DNA of 64,000 nucleotides from Gemmatimonadaceae bacterium. Its GTDB lineage: Bacteria; Gemmatimonadota; Gemmatimonadetes; Gemmatimonadales; Gemmatimonadaceae. This document shows, in pieces, positions 35,903-46,499 of the stretch (position 1 is its first letter; each line of letters opens with the position of its first letter). The DNA is taken from the NCBI GenBank assembly GCA_024710705.1, contig JANJUF010000056.1:10582-74581 (forward strand). The letters are read 5' to 3'. A program made the position numbers and the translations under genes. A model generated the notes under the pieces. It saw only the letters and a list, made by a program, of their open reading frames with translations, was not told the origin of the DNA and searched no databases.

Positions 35903-36807
35903 ATCAGCGCGTCGAGCAGGGCAGGGTCGAGCCCTCCAAGCGCCGCGGCGCGGGCGAGCACGTCGTGGGCAGCGATACCGCTGGCGCGCAGCTCACGGAT
36001 GCCCGTGTCGCCGGCCGACTTGCTGAGCTTGCGACCATCGGGATGTCGGATGAGGGGATGATGCAGGACGCGCGGTGGTTCGGAACGGCCGAGCAGCCGC
36101 GCGAGGCGGAACTGGCGTCCGGTGGAGGCGAGAAGGTCCTCGCCGCGGATGATGATGTCAATGCCTTGGTCCAGGTCATCCACGACGACGGCGAACTGGT
36201 AGGTGAAGTTGCCCTGCCGATCGCGGGCGAGCAGGTCACCGCACTGCCTCGCGGGATCCTGCGTTTGCGCGCCGAGCCGGAGGTCGTCGAAACGCTCCGG
36301 CTCCGGGCCGTCCATGTGGATACGGCGCGCGGCCGTCGCGTCGGCGGGAAGGCGCCTCGTGCGACAGGTTCCGGGGTAGCGGATCTCGAGTCCCTCGACG
36401 CTGTCGTCGCGCGAGGCCTCGACGCCTGCGCCGCGTGCGATGTCGGTGCGCGAGCAGGTGCAGGGATAGGCGAGCCCGCGACGCTCGAGGGCACCGAGTT
36501 GGGTCAGGTAGCGCGCAAGGTTGTCGCTCTGCCGCTGCGGGTGCGCACCGCGGCGGAAGTCGTCGGTGCCGGCACCGTCGGGGCGCAGGCCGAGCCAGTC
36601 GAGGTCGTCGAGGATGCTGGCTTCGTATGCCGGGAGACAGCGGCCGCGGTCGTGGTCCTCCAGCCGGAGCAACACGCGTCCGCCCTGTGCGCGCGCGAGT
36701 CCCCAGACCCAGACGGCGTTCACCACGTGCCCGAGATGCAGGTGTCCGGTCGGCGCAGGGGCGAAGCGCGTGGTGAAGCCGCGAGGGAGTACGCTGGAGA
36801 GAATCAC
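35899..36807 (-). CDS. gluQ: Glutamyl-Q tRNA(Asp) synthetase-like protein
   Basis: RFAPAPTGHLHLGH, LRLEDHD, RGEDL, KLSKS; no anticodon-binding domain; GTG 36807 overlaps upstream stop. Confidence 0.8.
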   Translation of the reverse strand: MILSSVLPRGFTTRFAPAPTGHLHLGHVVNAVWVWGLARAQGGRVLLRLEDHDRGRCLPAYEASILDDLDWLGLRPDGAGTDDFRRGAHPQRQSDNLARYLTQLGALERRGLAYPCTCSRTDIARGAGVEASRDDSVEGLEIRYPGTCRTRRLPADATAARRIHMDGPEPERFDDLRLGAQTQDPARQCGDLLARDRQGNFTYQFAVVVDDLDQGIDIIIRGEDLLASTGRQFRLARLLGRSEPPRVLHHPLIRHPDGRKLSKSAGDTGIRELRASGIAAHDVLARAAALGGLDPALLDALM

Positions 36808-37289
36808 GCGAGCGCGAGGAGTTCGTCGAGGTCGAGCCGTCGCGTGAACATCGTCAGTGAGCCGTCGGGATTCCGCGGCCACTCGGCGCGCGGCCGGTCG
36901 CGATACAGCTCGATGCCGTTGCCGTCCGGGTCGTCGAGGTAGATCGCCTCGCTGACGCCGTGGTCGGAGGCGCCCGTGAGGGCCACGCCCTTCTCGAGGA
37001 CCCGTCGCACCGCCGCGGCCAGGTCGCGGCGCTCGGGATACAGGAAGGCGACGTGGTAGAGCCCCGGCGCGCGACGCGGCGCCGGCTCTGCGCCAGCGCT
37101 CTCCCAAGTGTTGAGCCCGACGTGATGGTGGTAGCCGCCGGCCGAGAGGAAGGCGGCCTGGTCGCCGTACATCATCTGCAGCTCGAACCCGAGGACATCG
37201 CGGTAGAACGCCACCGAGCGCTGCAGGCTCGAAACCTTGAGATGGACATGCCCGATGGTCGCGCCAGCGGGAATGGTATAGTCGGACAT
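36804..37289 (-). CDS. VOC/glyoxalase family protein (CatE-like single domain)
   Basis: IGHVHLKV, GGYHHHVGLNTW, DHGVSEAIYLDDPDGNGIELY. Confidence 0.9.
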   Translation of the reverse strand: MSDYTIPAGATIGHVHLKVSSLQRSVAFYRDVLGFELQMMYGDQAAFLSAGGYHHHVGLNTWESAGAEPAPRRAPGLYHVAFLYPERRDLAAAVRRVLEKGVALTGASDHGVSEAIYLDDPDGNGIELYRDRPRAEWPRNPDGSLTMFTRRLDLDELLALA

Positions 37290-37356
37290 CGGGGAATCCC
37301 GGAATGGGGTCAGCGGATTATGCTTCCTTCACCCACCAATCCGCGAGTTCCTGTCC

Positions 37357-38229
37357 GTGTCCTCAGATGCCACGCCCCACGTCACCATCGTCGAGGTCTC
37401 CCCGCGCGACGGGTTGCAGAACGAGAAGGGGGTGGTCCCCACGGACGTGAAGGTGGCGCTGGTGGACCGGCTCAGCGCCGCCGGGCTGCCCGTCATCGAA
37501 GTGACAAGCTTCGTCTCGCCCAAGGCCATCCCACAGCTGGCCGACGCCGAGGCCGTGATGGCGGGCATCACGCGGCGGCCGGGGACGCGGTACACGGTGC
37601 TGGTGCCGAACGCCCGTGGACTGGATCGCGCGCTACCGACGCGTCCCGATGGCATCGTGGTGTTTGGCGCGGCCAGTGAGACCTTCTCGCAGAAGAACAT
37701 CAACTGCTCGATCGCCGAGTCCATCGAGCGGTTCCGGCCGGTGGTGGCGCGGGCGAAGGCGGCGGGACTGCACGTGCGCGGCACGATCTCCTGCGCGCTC
37801 GGCTGCCCGTACGAGGGAGACGTTGCGCCGTCCGCCGTCGCGAACGTCGCGTCGGAGCTGCTCGCGCTTGGCGTGGACGAGCTCTCGGTGGCGGATACCA
37901 TCGGTGTGGGCACGCCGGCGCAGACATCGAAGGTGTTTGAAGCCGTGCTGGGACTCGTCGGCGCGGAGCGGCTCAACGCGCACTTCCACGACACCTATCA
38001 TCGCGCACTGCTGAATCTCGAGGCCTGCCTGGCACTGGGCGTGCGCAGCATCGATGCCAGCGCAGCGGGGCTCGGCGGTTGTCCGTTTGCGCCCGGGGCC
38101 ACGGGGAACGTAGCCAGCGAGGACGTGCTCGCGATGCTCTCGACGCTGGGCTACGGCACGGGAGTGGACGCCACGGCAGTGCGTGCGGCAGGACAGTTCA
38201 TCCGGGACGAACTGGCACGGTTCGCCTGA
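37357..38229 (+). CDS. Hydroxymethylglutaryl-CoA lyase
   Basis: PRDGLQNE, ADTIG, HFHDT, GLGGCPFAPGATGNV. Confidence 0.93.
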   Translation: MSSDATPHVTIVEVSPRDGLQNEKGVVPTDVKVALVDRLSAAGLPVIEVTSFVSPKAIPQLADAEAVMAGITRRPGTRYTVLVPNARGLDRALPTRPDGIVVFGAASETFSQKNINCSIAESIERFRPVVARAKAAGLHVRGTISCALGCPYEGDVAPSAVANVASELLALGVDELSVADTIGVGTPAQTSKVFEAVLGLVGAERLNAHFHDTYHRALLNLEACLALGVRSIDASAAGLGGCPFAPGATGNVASEDVLAMLSTLGYGTGVDATAVRAAGQFIRDELARFA

Positions 38230-38238
38230 GCGTCGGGC

Positions 38239-38862
38239 TCAGTATCCTGCGCCGACGCGCTTCTGAAGGTGCGTGCCGTCGCGCAGTGAGGCGAGCAGGA
38301 AGTCGGCCACGTCCTCCACGCTGATCTTGCGCGCCCCGTCGGGGAGGAAGTCCTCGAGCGTGCGATAGACGCCGGTGCGCTCTCCCGGCACGATGTCGCC
38401 GGTGGCGACCATGGTCCAGTCGAGCCCACTCTCCTGCATGGCGAGCCAGGCTTCCTTGTGGCGGGCGCTGACCTTCTTGAAGACGGCGGGGAAGCTGGGC
38501 TGGTCGTGACGCAGCCCGCCAGCGGTGGAGTTGAGGATGCCGCCGCCCGCCACGCCCAGCACGCGGCGCACGCCGTGGCGCTTCATCCCGGCGATGATGT
38601 TGCGCATGCCCTGCGACTGGGCCTCGCCGGGATCCTCGACGCCGGCGCCGCCGAGGCCGGAAATCACGGCGTCGGCGTTTTCGATGGCGCGCGCGACGGC
38701 CGGTGCATCCAGCACGTCACCCTGCACGATCTCGAGGCCGGCTCGCGGCGCGAGTTTGCTGGCGTCGCGGACGAAGGCGCGGACGGAATGTCCGTCGGCC
38801 AGTGCGTATTCGAGGACGCGCCCACCGACGCGGCCGGTGGCACCGAAGAGCGTGATTCGCAT
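38239..38862 (-). CDS. NAD(P)H-binding flavin/biliverdin reductase-like SDR
   Basis: FGATGRVG, GDVLD, SGLDWTMV, ISVEDVA. Confidence 0.88.
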   Translation of the reverse strand: MRITLFGATGRVGGRVLEYALADGHSVRAFVRDASKLAPRAGLEIVQGDVLDAPAVARAIENADAVISGLGGAGVEDPGEAQSQGMRNIIAGMKRHGVRRVLGVAGGGILNSTAGGLRHDQPSFPAVFKKVSARHKEAWLAMQESGLDWTMVATGDIVPGERTGVYRTLEDFLPDGARKISVEDVADFLLASLRDGTHLQKRVGAGY

Positions 38863-38868
38863 GTCTAC

Positions 38869-41814
38869 TTACCGCGATCCCTGGGCCTTTAGTTCCGCAA
38901 GCCGTGCGCGCGCCTGTTCCACCTCGGCTTGCAGGTGCGGCTCGGCCGAGACCCGCATATCCACGAAATACTGCAGCGCCGTCATCTCATCGTCGCGGCG
39001 GCCGAGCTGGCGGGCCAGGCGCGCCGTGCGACGCATGCGGTCGGCGTTGAACATCGAGTAGCCAAACTGTCCGTCGCGGCGCGTGATGGCGCGGAGGGCG
39101 CGATCGGGCGCGCCGGCGCGCTCCCAGAGCTCCGCGAGCACGAAGTTGCCCAAGGTCCGCCCGGAGCGGCGATCAAGCGCCGGCGCATCCAACAGGAGGC
39201 TGTCAATGCGCTCGAGGCGGCTCTGGATATCGGGGGCGCGGCGCGAGGCGGCGAGCTGGGCGCTGACGAGCGCCTCAAACAGCGTGGCGGTGTTCGCGAT
39301 GGACGGGCGGTCACGGGGCGGCGTGATCCCGCGAAGCCTTTCGACGCGGCGCTCGACCTCCACCGTATCACCGCGGGCAAGCGCCCACTGCGCCAGCGCG
39401 AAGTTGGCGGTGGCGAGCGTGGGCGAGGGATCACTCGGCCGCTGGGCGGTGACGTACGCGCGCAAGGTCGCGACGGCGCGTTTTGCGACGGAGGAATCGC
39501 CTTCGACCAGCAGTGCCGCCATCACCTCTTCCGTCAGGCTGAGGATGTCGTCGTTCGGCGTGCTCTGCGCGCGCGATGGACGTCCGGCGTTCCACTCGAT
39601 TTCCCTCATGAATCGTGCGCCGATCTCGCTGTAGGGCGGCGGATTCGGCAAGCGCTTGTAGCGCGCGAATATGGAGTCGGCGATGGCCATGCGGATCGGT
39701 GCCTGCGGGACGAAATCCGTGGCGGGCACGCCGACGGCGAACGGGATGCTCGCGGGGACGCGTCGCTCGAGGTCGTCAATCGCTCGCGCGATCTCGGCAT
39801 CGCTGCCGAGCGTCTGCGTCATCACGAAATCATTCATGTAGAAGAAATCGCCCGTCGAATCCACCTGCGCTTGCCGCCGGTGCGCGGCGCGGGCCCGGAC
39901 GGAGTCGCCGAGCACGAGGTGCAGCTGCGCTTGGTGCTCCAGGGCCGGCGCGAAGCTCGAATCGATTGCCTCGGCCCGCTGGAAGCCCTCGAGCGCGCGG
40001 GCGTCGGCGTTTGGCTCATCCACGGCGTGGCCAATGTGGAAGAGGTAGTCCGCGAACGCGTACCACACCTCGGCCGAGTTGCTGCGGTTCGCGAGGGCTT
40101 CGAGCGAGCGGATGCGCGCCCGGATGGGCATCGGCTCGGGATAGGTCTCTCCCGTGCTCGACAGGAGCACGAGGGAGTCGGCTCCGCTGAGGCGCGCGCG
40201 GTGCCGCCACGCGCGATCGATCCAGTCGCCAGGATAGCCCTCGTCGAGCGTCCAGCCGTTCGTGAGCTCGACCCTGAGCGCTGCGAGTGCGAAGGTGGTG
40301 TCGGCGCTGTAGGCGGTGAAGAACGCGGTGCCGGCGTCAGCGTAGCGCCCACGCCGGTACAGCTGCTCGCCGGCGAGATACGGCGCGATGGCCTCCGGGC
40401 GCGCCGAGAGCACCGTGCGCAGGCGTTCCTGAGACGCGCCTTCGCTGATGGAGAGCAACGTGGTGACTAGACGCGTCGCCAGCGAGAAGACGCTGTCGGC
40501 GGTCCCTTCGATGCGCGCCCGCGAGAGTTCCCGGCCATCGCGTGCCCGGACCAACCGCGCCGACACGGCGAGCCGGTCGCGCGTGCCCACCACTTCACCG
40601 AGAATGAGCCGCCCAGCGCCCGCGGCGATGGCCGCCCGTCCGGCGTCGGCGTCGTCCAAGTCCTCGTCCACCGAGCCGGCGATGCGGCGCCAGCGATCGA
40701 GCATCACGCGCATGCCGGCCGCCGAGGCGTCGGGAAGCGTCTGAATCTGCGGCACGATGATGTCGCCGAGTCCTTCGCGCAGATAGCGCGTCTCGGGTGC
40801 CGCGCCTCCAACGCGGAAGGGCGCCACGGCAATCATTGCCTCGTCGGCGCCACCGGGACCACGGCCGAACACCCACCAGGCGCCGAGGGCGAGCAGGGCC
40901 CCCGCAGCCACCCCGATCGTCAGGCGCGTGCGCGACGGCGGCGTCGGCACCGCATGGGACTCGCCGGAAGGCAGGTCCAGCACGCCGAGCAACTCGGCGG
41001 CATCCTGGGGACGCCCGCCGGGTTCCTTGGCAAGGCAGCGCATCACCAGATCGGCCAGCGCCCTCGGCACCTGCGGTGCCACCGATGCGAGCGCCGGCGG
41101 CAGCGTGCCCAGTTGGGCTTTCATCAGGGCCGTGCCCGACAGCTCCGCGAATGGCCGCTGGCCCGCGAGCAGCTCATAGGCCACGAGTCCCCAGGCGTAC
41201 AGATCGGCGCGGTGGTCGAGGGCCGGGTCGGCGATGATCTGCTCGGGCGACATATAGGCCGGCGTGCCGATGGACACGCCGATGCCGGTCATCGTACCGG
41301 CCGCTTCAGGCCCCTGCGTGGCGGCCGACACGGCCTTGGCCACGCCGAAGTCCGTGACCAGCGCGGCCCCCGACGAGAGCAGGATGTTCTCCGGCTTGAT
41401 GTCGCGGTGCACCACGTTGCGGGCGTGCGCGGCACTGAGCGCGCGCGCCACATCGCGCAGGATGCCGATTGCCTCACCGAGCGGAATCGGACCGCGCGCG
41501 ATCCGCTCCCGCAACGTGGCCCCATCCACCAGCGGCATGGTGAAGTACGGCATCCCCTCGGCGTCGCCAGCCGTGAGCACGGGCACGATGTTCGCGTGCT
41601 GCAGCTGTGCGGCAGTCAGGATCTCACGACGGAAGCGATTGGCGGACGAGGCCGTCCAGGAATCGTCGGGAAGCGTCTTGATGACGACCTGCCGCCCCAG
41701 CGCCCGCTCGGTGGCGACGAACACGCGGGCCATGCCGCCCCCGCCGAGCTCACGCTCGACGGTATGTGTGCCGCTCAGGGCTGTGCTGATGCGATCGCGG
41801 ACCGGGTCTGACAA
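38869..41814 (-). CDS. Ser/Thr protein kinase with TM segment and TolB-N/TPR-like sensory region
   Basis: LGGGGMARV, HRDIKPEN, DFGVA, GTPAYMSPEQ; TM after the kinase; helical repeats; TTG 41814 chosen as start. Confidence 0.9.
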   Translation of the reverse strand: MSDPVRDRISTALSGTHTVERELGGGGMARVFVATERALGRQVVIKTLPDDSWTASSANRFRREILTAAQLQHANIVPVLTAGDAEGMPYFTMPLVDGATLRERIARGPIPLGEAIGILRDVARALSAAHARNVVHRDIKPENILLSSGAALVTDFGVAKAVSAATQGPEAAGTMTGIGVSIGTPAYMSPEQIIADPALDHRADLYAWGLVAYELLAGQRPFAELSGTALMKAQLGTLPPALASVAPQVPRALADLVMRCLAKEPGGRPQDAAELLGVLDLPSGESHAVPTPPSRTRLTIGVAAGALLALGAWWVFGRGPGGADEAMIAVAPFRVGGAAPETRYLREGLGDIIVPQIQTLPDASAAGMRVMLDRWRRIAGSVDEDLDDADAGRAAIAAGAGRLILGEVVGTRDRLAVSARLVRARDGRELSRARIEGTADSVFSLATRLVTTLLSISEGASQERLRTVLSARPEAIAPYLAGEQLYRRGRYADAGTAFFTAYSADTTFALAALRVELTNGWTLDEGYPGDWIDRAWRHRARLSGADSLVLLSSTGETYPEPMPIRARIRSLEALANRSNSAEVWYAFADYLFHIGHAVDEPNADARALEGFQRAEAIDSSFAPALEHQAQLHLVLGDSVRARAAHRRQAQVDSTGDFFYMNDFVMTQTLGSDAEIARAIDDLERRVPASIPFAVGVPATDFVPQAPIRMAIADSIFARYKRLPNPPPYSEIGARFMREIEWNAGRPSRAQSTPNDDILSLTEEVMAALLVEGDSSVAKRAVATLRAYVTAQRPSDPSPTLATANFALAQWALARGDTVEVERRVERLRGITPPRDRPSIANTATLFEALVSAQLAASRRAPDIQSRLERIDSLLLDAPALDRRSGRTLGNFVLAELWERAGAPDRALRAITRRDGQFGYSMFNADRMRRTARLARQLGRRDDEMTALQYFVDMRVSAEPHLQAEVEQARARLAELKAQGSR

Positions 41815-41880
41815 AGCAGGCGAGGTGGGTGGAGGACGCGTAAAGGTGGCTCCGAACCCCACGCTCCGCGAGTAGTTCCC

Positions 41881-41901
41881 TTCCGTCTTCCGTCTTCCGT
41901 C
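41881..41901 (-). repeat. GACGGAA x3 heptamer (third copy of the family, no inverted arm)
   Basis: TTCCGTC x3 on plus strand, 7 nt after the dnaE2 stop. Confidence 0.8.
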
Positions 41902-41908
41902 CCAAGTC

Positions 41909-44900
41909 TCACCGGTAATTGTGCCCCTTCACCGCATTCTCCCCCGCTCCGGCTTTGAGCGCCGTGAACTCCTTGGCGCGGATGTTGTACACCCCCTTCT
42001 CCACCTGCAGCGTCCCGCGCACCAACAGCAGCGGCGTGCGCGAGATCAGCATGGCCTGCGCCTCGAACCGCTGCGGGGTGATCACCACGTTGATGGTGCC
42101 GGTCTCGTCCTCGAGCGTGAGGAACACGAAGCCCTTCGCCGTGCCCGGGCGCTGGCGGCAGATCACGAGTCCGGCGTGGGCCACGGCATCGCCATCCTGC
42201 AGGCTGTGGATCTCGCGGGCGGTGCGCACGCCGTTGGGGCGCAGCAACTCGCGCACGTGCCACATGGGATGGCCATTCAATGAAAGGCCCGTCAGGCGAT
42301 AATCGGCCTCGGTGAGCTCGGGCGCCGAGAACCCGGGAAGCGCCGCCGGCACCTGCGACTCGGGAAAGAGCGCCAATGGCCCCGGTGCGCCACGTTCGGC
42401 TTCGAGCACCCGCCAGAGTGCCACGCGCCGCCGCCGCGCCGGCGGCTCGTCCTGCACGAAGGCATCGAACGCGCCCGACTCGGCGAGCGCGCGGAGCGCG
42501 CGGCGGTCGAGCTGGGCGCGCTGCACGAAGTCGGCGATCGATGCGAACGCGTTGGCACCCGTCTGCAACGCGCTCGCCAACTTGGCCTTGGCCTGCGAAC
42601 CCAGCCCGAGCACCGAGCGCAGGCCCAGCCGCACGACCGGCGCCGCGTTGCGTCCGGTGCCGGGTTCCAGCGTGTGGTCCCACTGGCTGCGCGTGATGTC
42701 CACGCCCCGCACCTGCACGCCGTGGCGCTTGGCGTCCTCGATCAACGTGCCCGGCGCGTAGAAGCCCATCGGCTGCGCGTTGAGGATCGCACAGAGGAAC
42801 TCGGGCGCGTAGTAGTGCCGCAGGAACGCGCTGGCATAGACGATGAGGGCGAAGCTCGCGGCGTGGCTTTCGGGAAAACCGTAATCGGCGAAGGCGTTGA
42901 TCTGGTTGTAGATCCTGAGTGCGATGTCCTCGGGGATGCCGTTGGCGCGCATGCCGTCGATCATGCGTTGGCAGATGTCGGCCATGCGCTCGCGGCTGCG
43001 CTTGTGCCCCATGGCCTTGCGCAGGAGGTCGGCCTCGCCGGGCGTGAATCCTGCCGCGGCGATCGCCACCTGCATGCCCTGTTCCTGGAACAGCGGCACG
43101 CCGAGCGTGCGCTTGAGGATGGGCTCGAGCGAGGGATGCGGATAGGTGACGTCCTCCTCGCCGGCCTTCCGGCGCAGGTAGGGATGCACCATGTCGCCCT
43201 GGATGGGGCCGGGGCGGATGAGCGCGACTTCCACGACGAGGTCGTAGAAGCAGCGGGGCTTGAGGCGCGGCAGCGTGTTCATCTGCGCGCGGCTCTCCAC
43301 CTGGAACACGCCGATGGTGTCGGCGCGGCAGAGGTCGTCGTACACGGCCTGGTCGGCGCAGTCGAGCTGGCCGAGGTCGAGGGTGACGCCGCGGGTGCGC
43401 CGGATGTACATGAGGCAATCCTGGACCACGGTGAGCATGCCGAGCCCGAGGAGGTCGATCTTCACGAGGCCCACCGGGTCGAGGTCGTCCTTCTCCCATT
43501 GGATGACGGTGCGGTCCTCCATGCTGGCGGGCTCGATGGGGACCACGGTGCGGAGCGGTTCCTGGGTGAGCACGAAACCACCGACGTGGATGCCGCGGTG
43601 GCGCGGCGCGGCGTCGAGCTGCTCGACGATGTCGGCGAGCTTGGCGACGCGTGGGTCGCTGGGGTCGAGGTTGGCGCGCTCGAGCAGTGTGGGTTCCTGC
43701 TGCGGCGGCCGCGCCGCTGACGGGCCGGCGGCGCCCGCGCTGGTGCGCCGCACCGCCTCCGGCGCGCCGCTGCGCACGGCCCGCAGCTTGCGATGTTCGT
43801 CGCGCGAGGCCTTGAGCAAGGTGCTCGCGTGCGTGCCCACCACGAGATCGCTCGATACCGCGTCCACGAGCGTCGCCGGGCGCAGCGCCAGCGCGCGCTT
43901 GGAATAGTTGGCCGGCCCCATGGCGTCGGCGCGCTCGGGTGCGAACGGATCGGACGCCTTCGCCGCGGCCTGCGTTGCTGCGTCGGCCTCGTGCCCCGGC
44001 GTGCCCAGGCGCAGCGCCGCCGCCGTGGCCTTGGCGCTGAAGCGATCGCTGAAGCTCGCCAGCACGCCTGCCTGCTCGGACGAGAATCCCAGTACGCGCG
44101 CCGCATCACGCACGGCACTGCGCCCGCGCCACGTGATGTGCTCGCACACCATCGCGGCGTGCTCGCGCCCGTAGCGCGTGTACACGTACTGCAGCACCCG
44201 CTCCCGCTCGCGGTGCGCAAAATCAATATCAATGTCCGGCGCCTCGGCGCGCTCCTCGCTCAGGAAGCGTTCGAACAGCAACTCCAGCTTCACCGGATCC
44301 ACCGCCGTGATGCCGAGGCAATAACACACCGCGCTGTTGGCCGCCGAGCCGCGCCCTTGGCAGAGGATCCCCTCGCGGCGCGCGAAGCGCACGATGTCCC
44401 ACACAATCAGGAAGTAGCCCGAGAGCCCGAGCTTGGCGATGAGCGTGAGTTCGTGCTCGAGCTGCCGGTCGTGGCGCGCCGTGCGACGCCATCCCCAGCG
44501 CTCCTGCGCCCCGTCTTCCACCAAGCGCGCGAGATACTCATCCTCGCTCACGCCGGGCGGCAAGGGAAAGTGCGGAAGCCGCGGCTTCAGTGCATCCAAC
44601 CGGAACGCGCAGCGTTCGGCGATGGCGAGCGTCGCCGCGAGCCCCGCCTCGCGACCGCTCCAGCGCTTGGCCAACTGCGCATAGCCCTTGAGATGCCACT
44701 CGCCGTTCGGACGCAGCTTGGTGCCCATCTCGTCGAGCGTGGCGCCGTGGCGCAGCGCCGAGAGCACGTCGTGCCCGAGTCGTCCCTGCGGCAAGGCGTA
44801 GTGTACGTCGTTGGTCACCACCCAGGGGAGATCGAGCCGCTGCGCCATCGGGATCAGCTGCTGCACCAAGACGCGCTCCTCGGGCAGCGCGTGGTCCCAG

Positions 44901-45469
44901 CACTCGATTGCCACGCGTCCATCGAAGAGCTCCCGGAGCTGGCCGGCTGCGTCCTGCGCCCGCGTGGCATCGCCGAGCGTGAGCAGTTGCGGTACCCAAC
45001 CGCGCGGGCAGCCGGTGAGGGCGAACAGTCCCGCCGTGTGCCCGCTCAGTTGCTCAACCGTCACGCGGGGTTCGCCGCGCGGATGATCCAGCCGTGCCCG
45101 CGTGATCAGCGAGCAGAGATTCCCCCAGCCCTCGCGCGATTCGCAGAGCAGCACGAGATGCGTGCGCAGGCGCGGCACGCCATCCTCGCCCACGACGCGC
45201 CCGGGAATGGCCACAACCCCGCGCTCGAGCCCCGGCGGTAGCGGCACATCCACCGTGAGCTCGGCGCCATGCAGGCCAGCAAGCCGCGCCTCCTTCGCGG
45301 CCGTCGCAAAACGCACCGCCCCGCCCACATCGTCGTGGTCGGTGAGGGCAAGGGCGTGCAATCCCAGCGCGAGAGCCCGCTCCACCAGGCGCTCCGGGTC
45401 CGACGCCCCATCCAATAAGGAGAAGGTGGAATGGCAATGCAGCTCGGCGTACCCGCCCAACGGGGTCAT
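41909..45469 (-). CDS. dnaE2: Error-prone DNA polymerase III alpha subunit
   Basis: YAELHCHSTFSLLDG, GRGSAANS, PDIDIDF, HVGGFV, KIDLLGLGML, YGFPESHA, LNAQPMGFY; ATG 45469. Confidence 0.95.
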   Translation of the reverse strand: MTPLGGYAELHCHSTFSLLDGASDPERLVERALALGLHALALTDHDDVGGAVRFATAAKEARLAGLHGAELTVDVPLPPGLERGVVAIPGRVVGEDGVPRLRTHLVLLCESREGWGNLCSLITRARLDHPRGEPRVTVEQLSGHTAGLFALTGCPRGWVPQLLTLGDATRAQDAAGQLRELFDGRVAIECWDHALPEERVLVQQLIPMAQRLDLPWVVTNDVHYALPQGRLGHDVLSALRHGATLDEMGTKLRPNGEWHLKGYAQLAKRWSGREAGLAATLAIAERCAFRLDALKPRLPHFPLPPGVSEDEYLARLVEDGAQERWGWRRTARHDRQLEHELTLIAKLGLSGYFLIVWDIVRFARREGILCQGRGSAANSAVCYCLGITAVDPVKLELLFERFLSEERAEAPDIDIDFAHRERERVLQYVYTRYGREHAAMVCEHITWRGRSAVRDAARVLGFSSEQAGVLASFSDRFSAKATAAALRLGTPGHEADAATQAAAKASDPFAPERADAMGPANYSKRALALRPATLVDAVSSDLVVGTHASTLLKASRDEHRKLRAVRSGAPEAVRRTSAGAAGPSAARPPQQEPTLLERANLDPSDPRVAKLADIVEQLDAAPRHRGIHVGGFVLTQEPLRTVVPIEPASMEDRTVIQWEKDDLDPVGLVKIDLLGLGMLTVVQDCLMYIRRTRGVTLDLGQLDCADQAVYDDLCRADTIGVFQVESRAQMNTLPRLKPRCFYDLVVEVALIRPGPIQGDMVHPYLRRKAGEEDVTYPHPSLEPILKRTLGVPLFQEQGMQVAIAAAGFTPGEADLLRKAMGHKRSRERMADICQRMIDGMRANGIPEDIALRIYNQINAFADYGFPESHAASFALIVYASAFLRHYYAPEFLCAILNAQPMGFYAPGTLIEDAKRHGVQVRGVDITRSQWDHTLEPGTGRNAAPVVRLGLRSVLGLGSQAKAKLASALQTGANAFASIADFVQRAQLDRRALRALAESGAFDAFVQDEPPARRRRVALWRVLEAERGAPGPLALFPESQVPAALPGFSAPELTEADYRLTGLSLNGHPMWHVRELLRPNGVRTAREIHSLQDGDAVAHAGLVICRQRPGTAKGFVFLTLEDETGTINVVITPQRFEAQAMLISRTPLLLVRGTLQVEKGVYNIRAKEFTALKAGAGENAVKGHNYR

Positions 45470-45527
45470 GTCGGGGTCCCGGCCCGGGCCGCGCAACAGG
45501 GGGTGACTCCTCTCACAGGACCCACCT

Positions 45528-46499
45528 ATGGCCCGCCATCGCCACTCTCTCCCCCAGCTCGCCCCCGTCCCCTTCGTCACCGATGGCGGAATCGAGACCT
45601 CCATGATCTACCACGAGGGACTCGACCTGCCCGACTTCGCCGCCTTCCATCTCCTGCGTGACGCCGACGGCACGGCCGCGCTGCAGCGCTACTTCCATGG
45701 CTACGCGAGCATCGCGGTACGCCACGGGATGGGACTGATCCTCGAGAGCGCGACTTGGCGCGCCAGTTTCGACTGGGGCCGACGGCTCGGCTACTCCTCG
45801 TCGAGGTTGGTGGATGTGAATCGCCGCGCCATCACGATGCTCGAGGTGATTCGCGCCGACGTCGCGACCTCGCGCACGCCGGTGGTGATCAGCGGTTGCG
45901 TGGGTCCGCGCGGCGATGGCTACGTCGTGGAGCGCGCGATGACCGCCGCTGAGGCCGAGCGCTACCATCGCCCACAGATCGCGACCTTCGCCTCCACCGT
46001 GGCCGATATGGTCACCGCCATCACGATGAACTACAGCGCCGAGGCCATCGGCATTGCCCGCGCGGCGCGCGCGGTGGGGATGCCGGTGGCGCTCTCGCTC
46101 ACGGTGGAAACCGACGGCCGGCTGCCCACCGGCCAACCCCTCGCCGCCGCCATCGCCGAGATTGACGCCGCCACGGAGCACTATCCGGCGTATTACATGG
46201 TGAACTGCGCGCATCCCACGCACTTCGCGCACGTGCTGGGCGACGGAAACCCGATCTGGATGCGCCTGCGCGGGATCCGCGCCAATGCGTCCCACGCGAG
46301 CCACGCCGAGCTCAATGCCATGACCACGCTCGACGCCGGCGATCCCGACCAACTCGCCGCCGACTACGCCGCGCTCCGCGCCGAGCTGCCGTGGATCACC
46401 ATCCTCGGCGGCTGTTGCGGCACCGATCACCGGCACCTGGAGGCGATCGCGAGTCAATCGTACCATCCTTGGAGCCGCCAGCCGCTGGCGTCGCGGTAG
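45528..46499 (+). CDS. Homocysteine S-methyltransferase family protein
   Basis: TDGGIET, GPRGDGY, VNCAHP, GGCCGTD zinc ligands. Confidence 0.9.
   Translation: MARHRHSLPQLAPVPFVTDGGIETSMIYHEGLDLPDFAAFHLLRDADGTAALQRYFHGYASIAVRHGMGLILESATWRASFDWGRRLGYSSSRLVDVNRRAITMLEVIRADVATSRTPVVISGCVGPRGDGYVVERAMTAAEAERYHRPQIATFASTVADMVTAITMNYSAEAIGIARAARAVGMPVALSLTVETDGRLPTGQPLAAAIAEIDAATEHYPAYYMVNCAHPTHFAHVLGDGNPIWMRLRGIRANASHASHAELNAMTTLDAGDPDQLAADYAALRAELPWITILGGCCGTDHRHLEAIASQSYHPWSRQPLASR

Noticed and set aside
43690-44010. Intein in DnaE2
   Set aside because: No splice-junction residues or LAGLIDADG motifs visible
45528-46499. Methyltransferase as a selenocysteine methyltransferase linked to the selenoprotein
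   Set aside because: 38 kb apart and no sequence feature distinguishes it from ordinary family members
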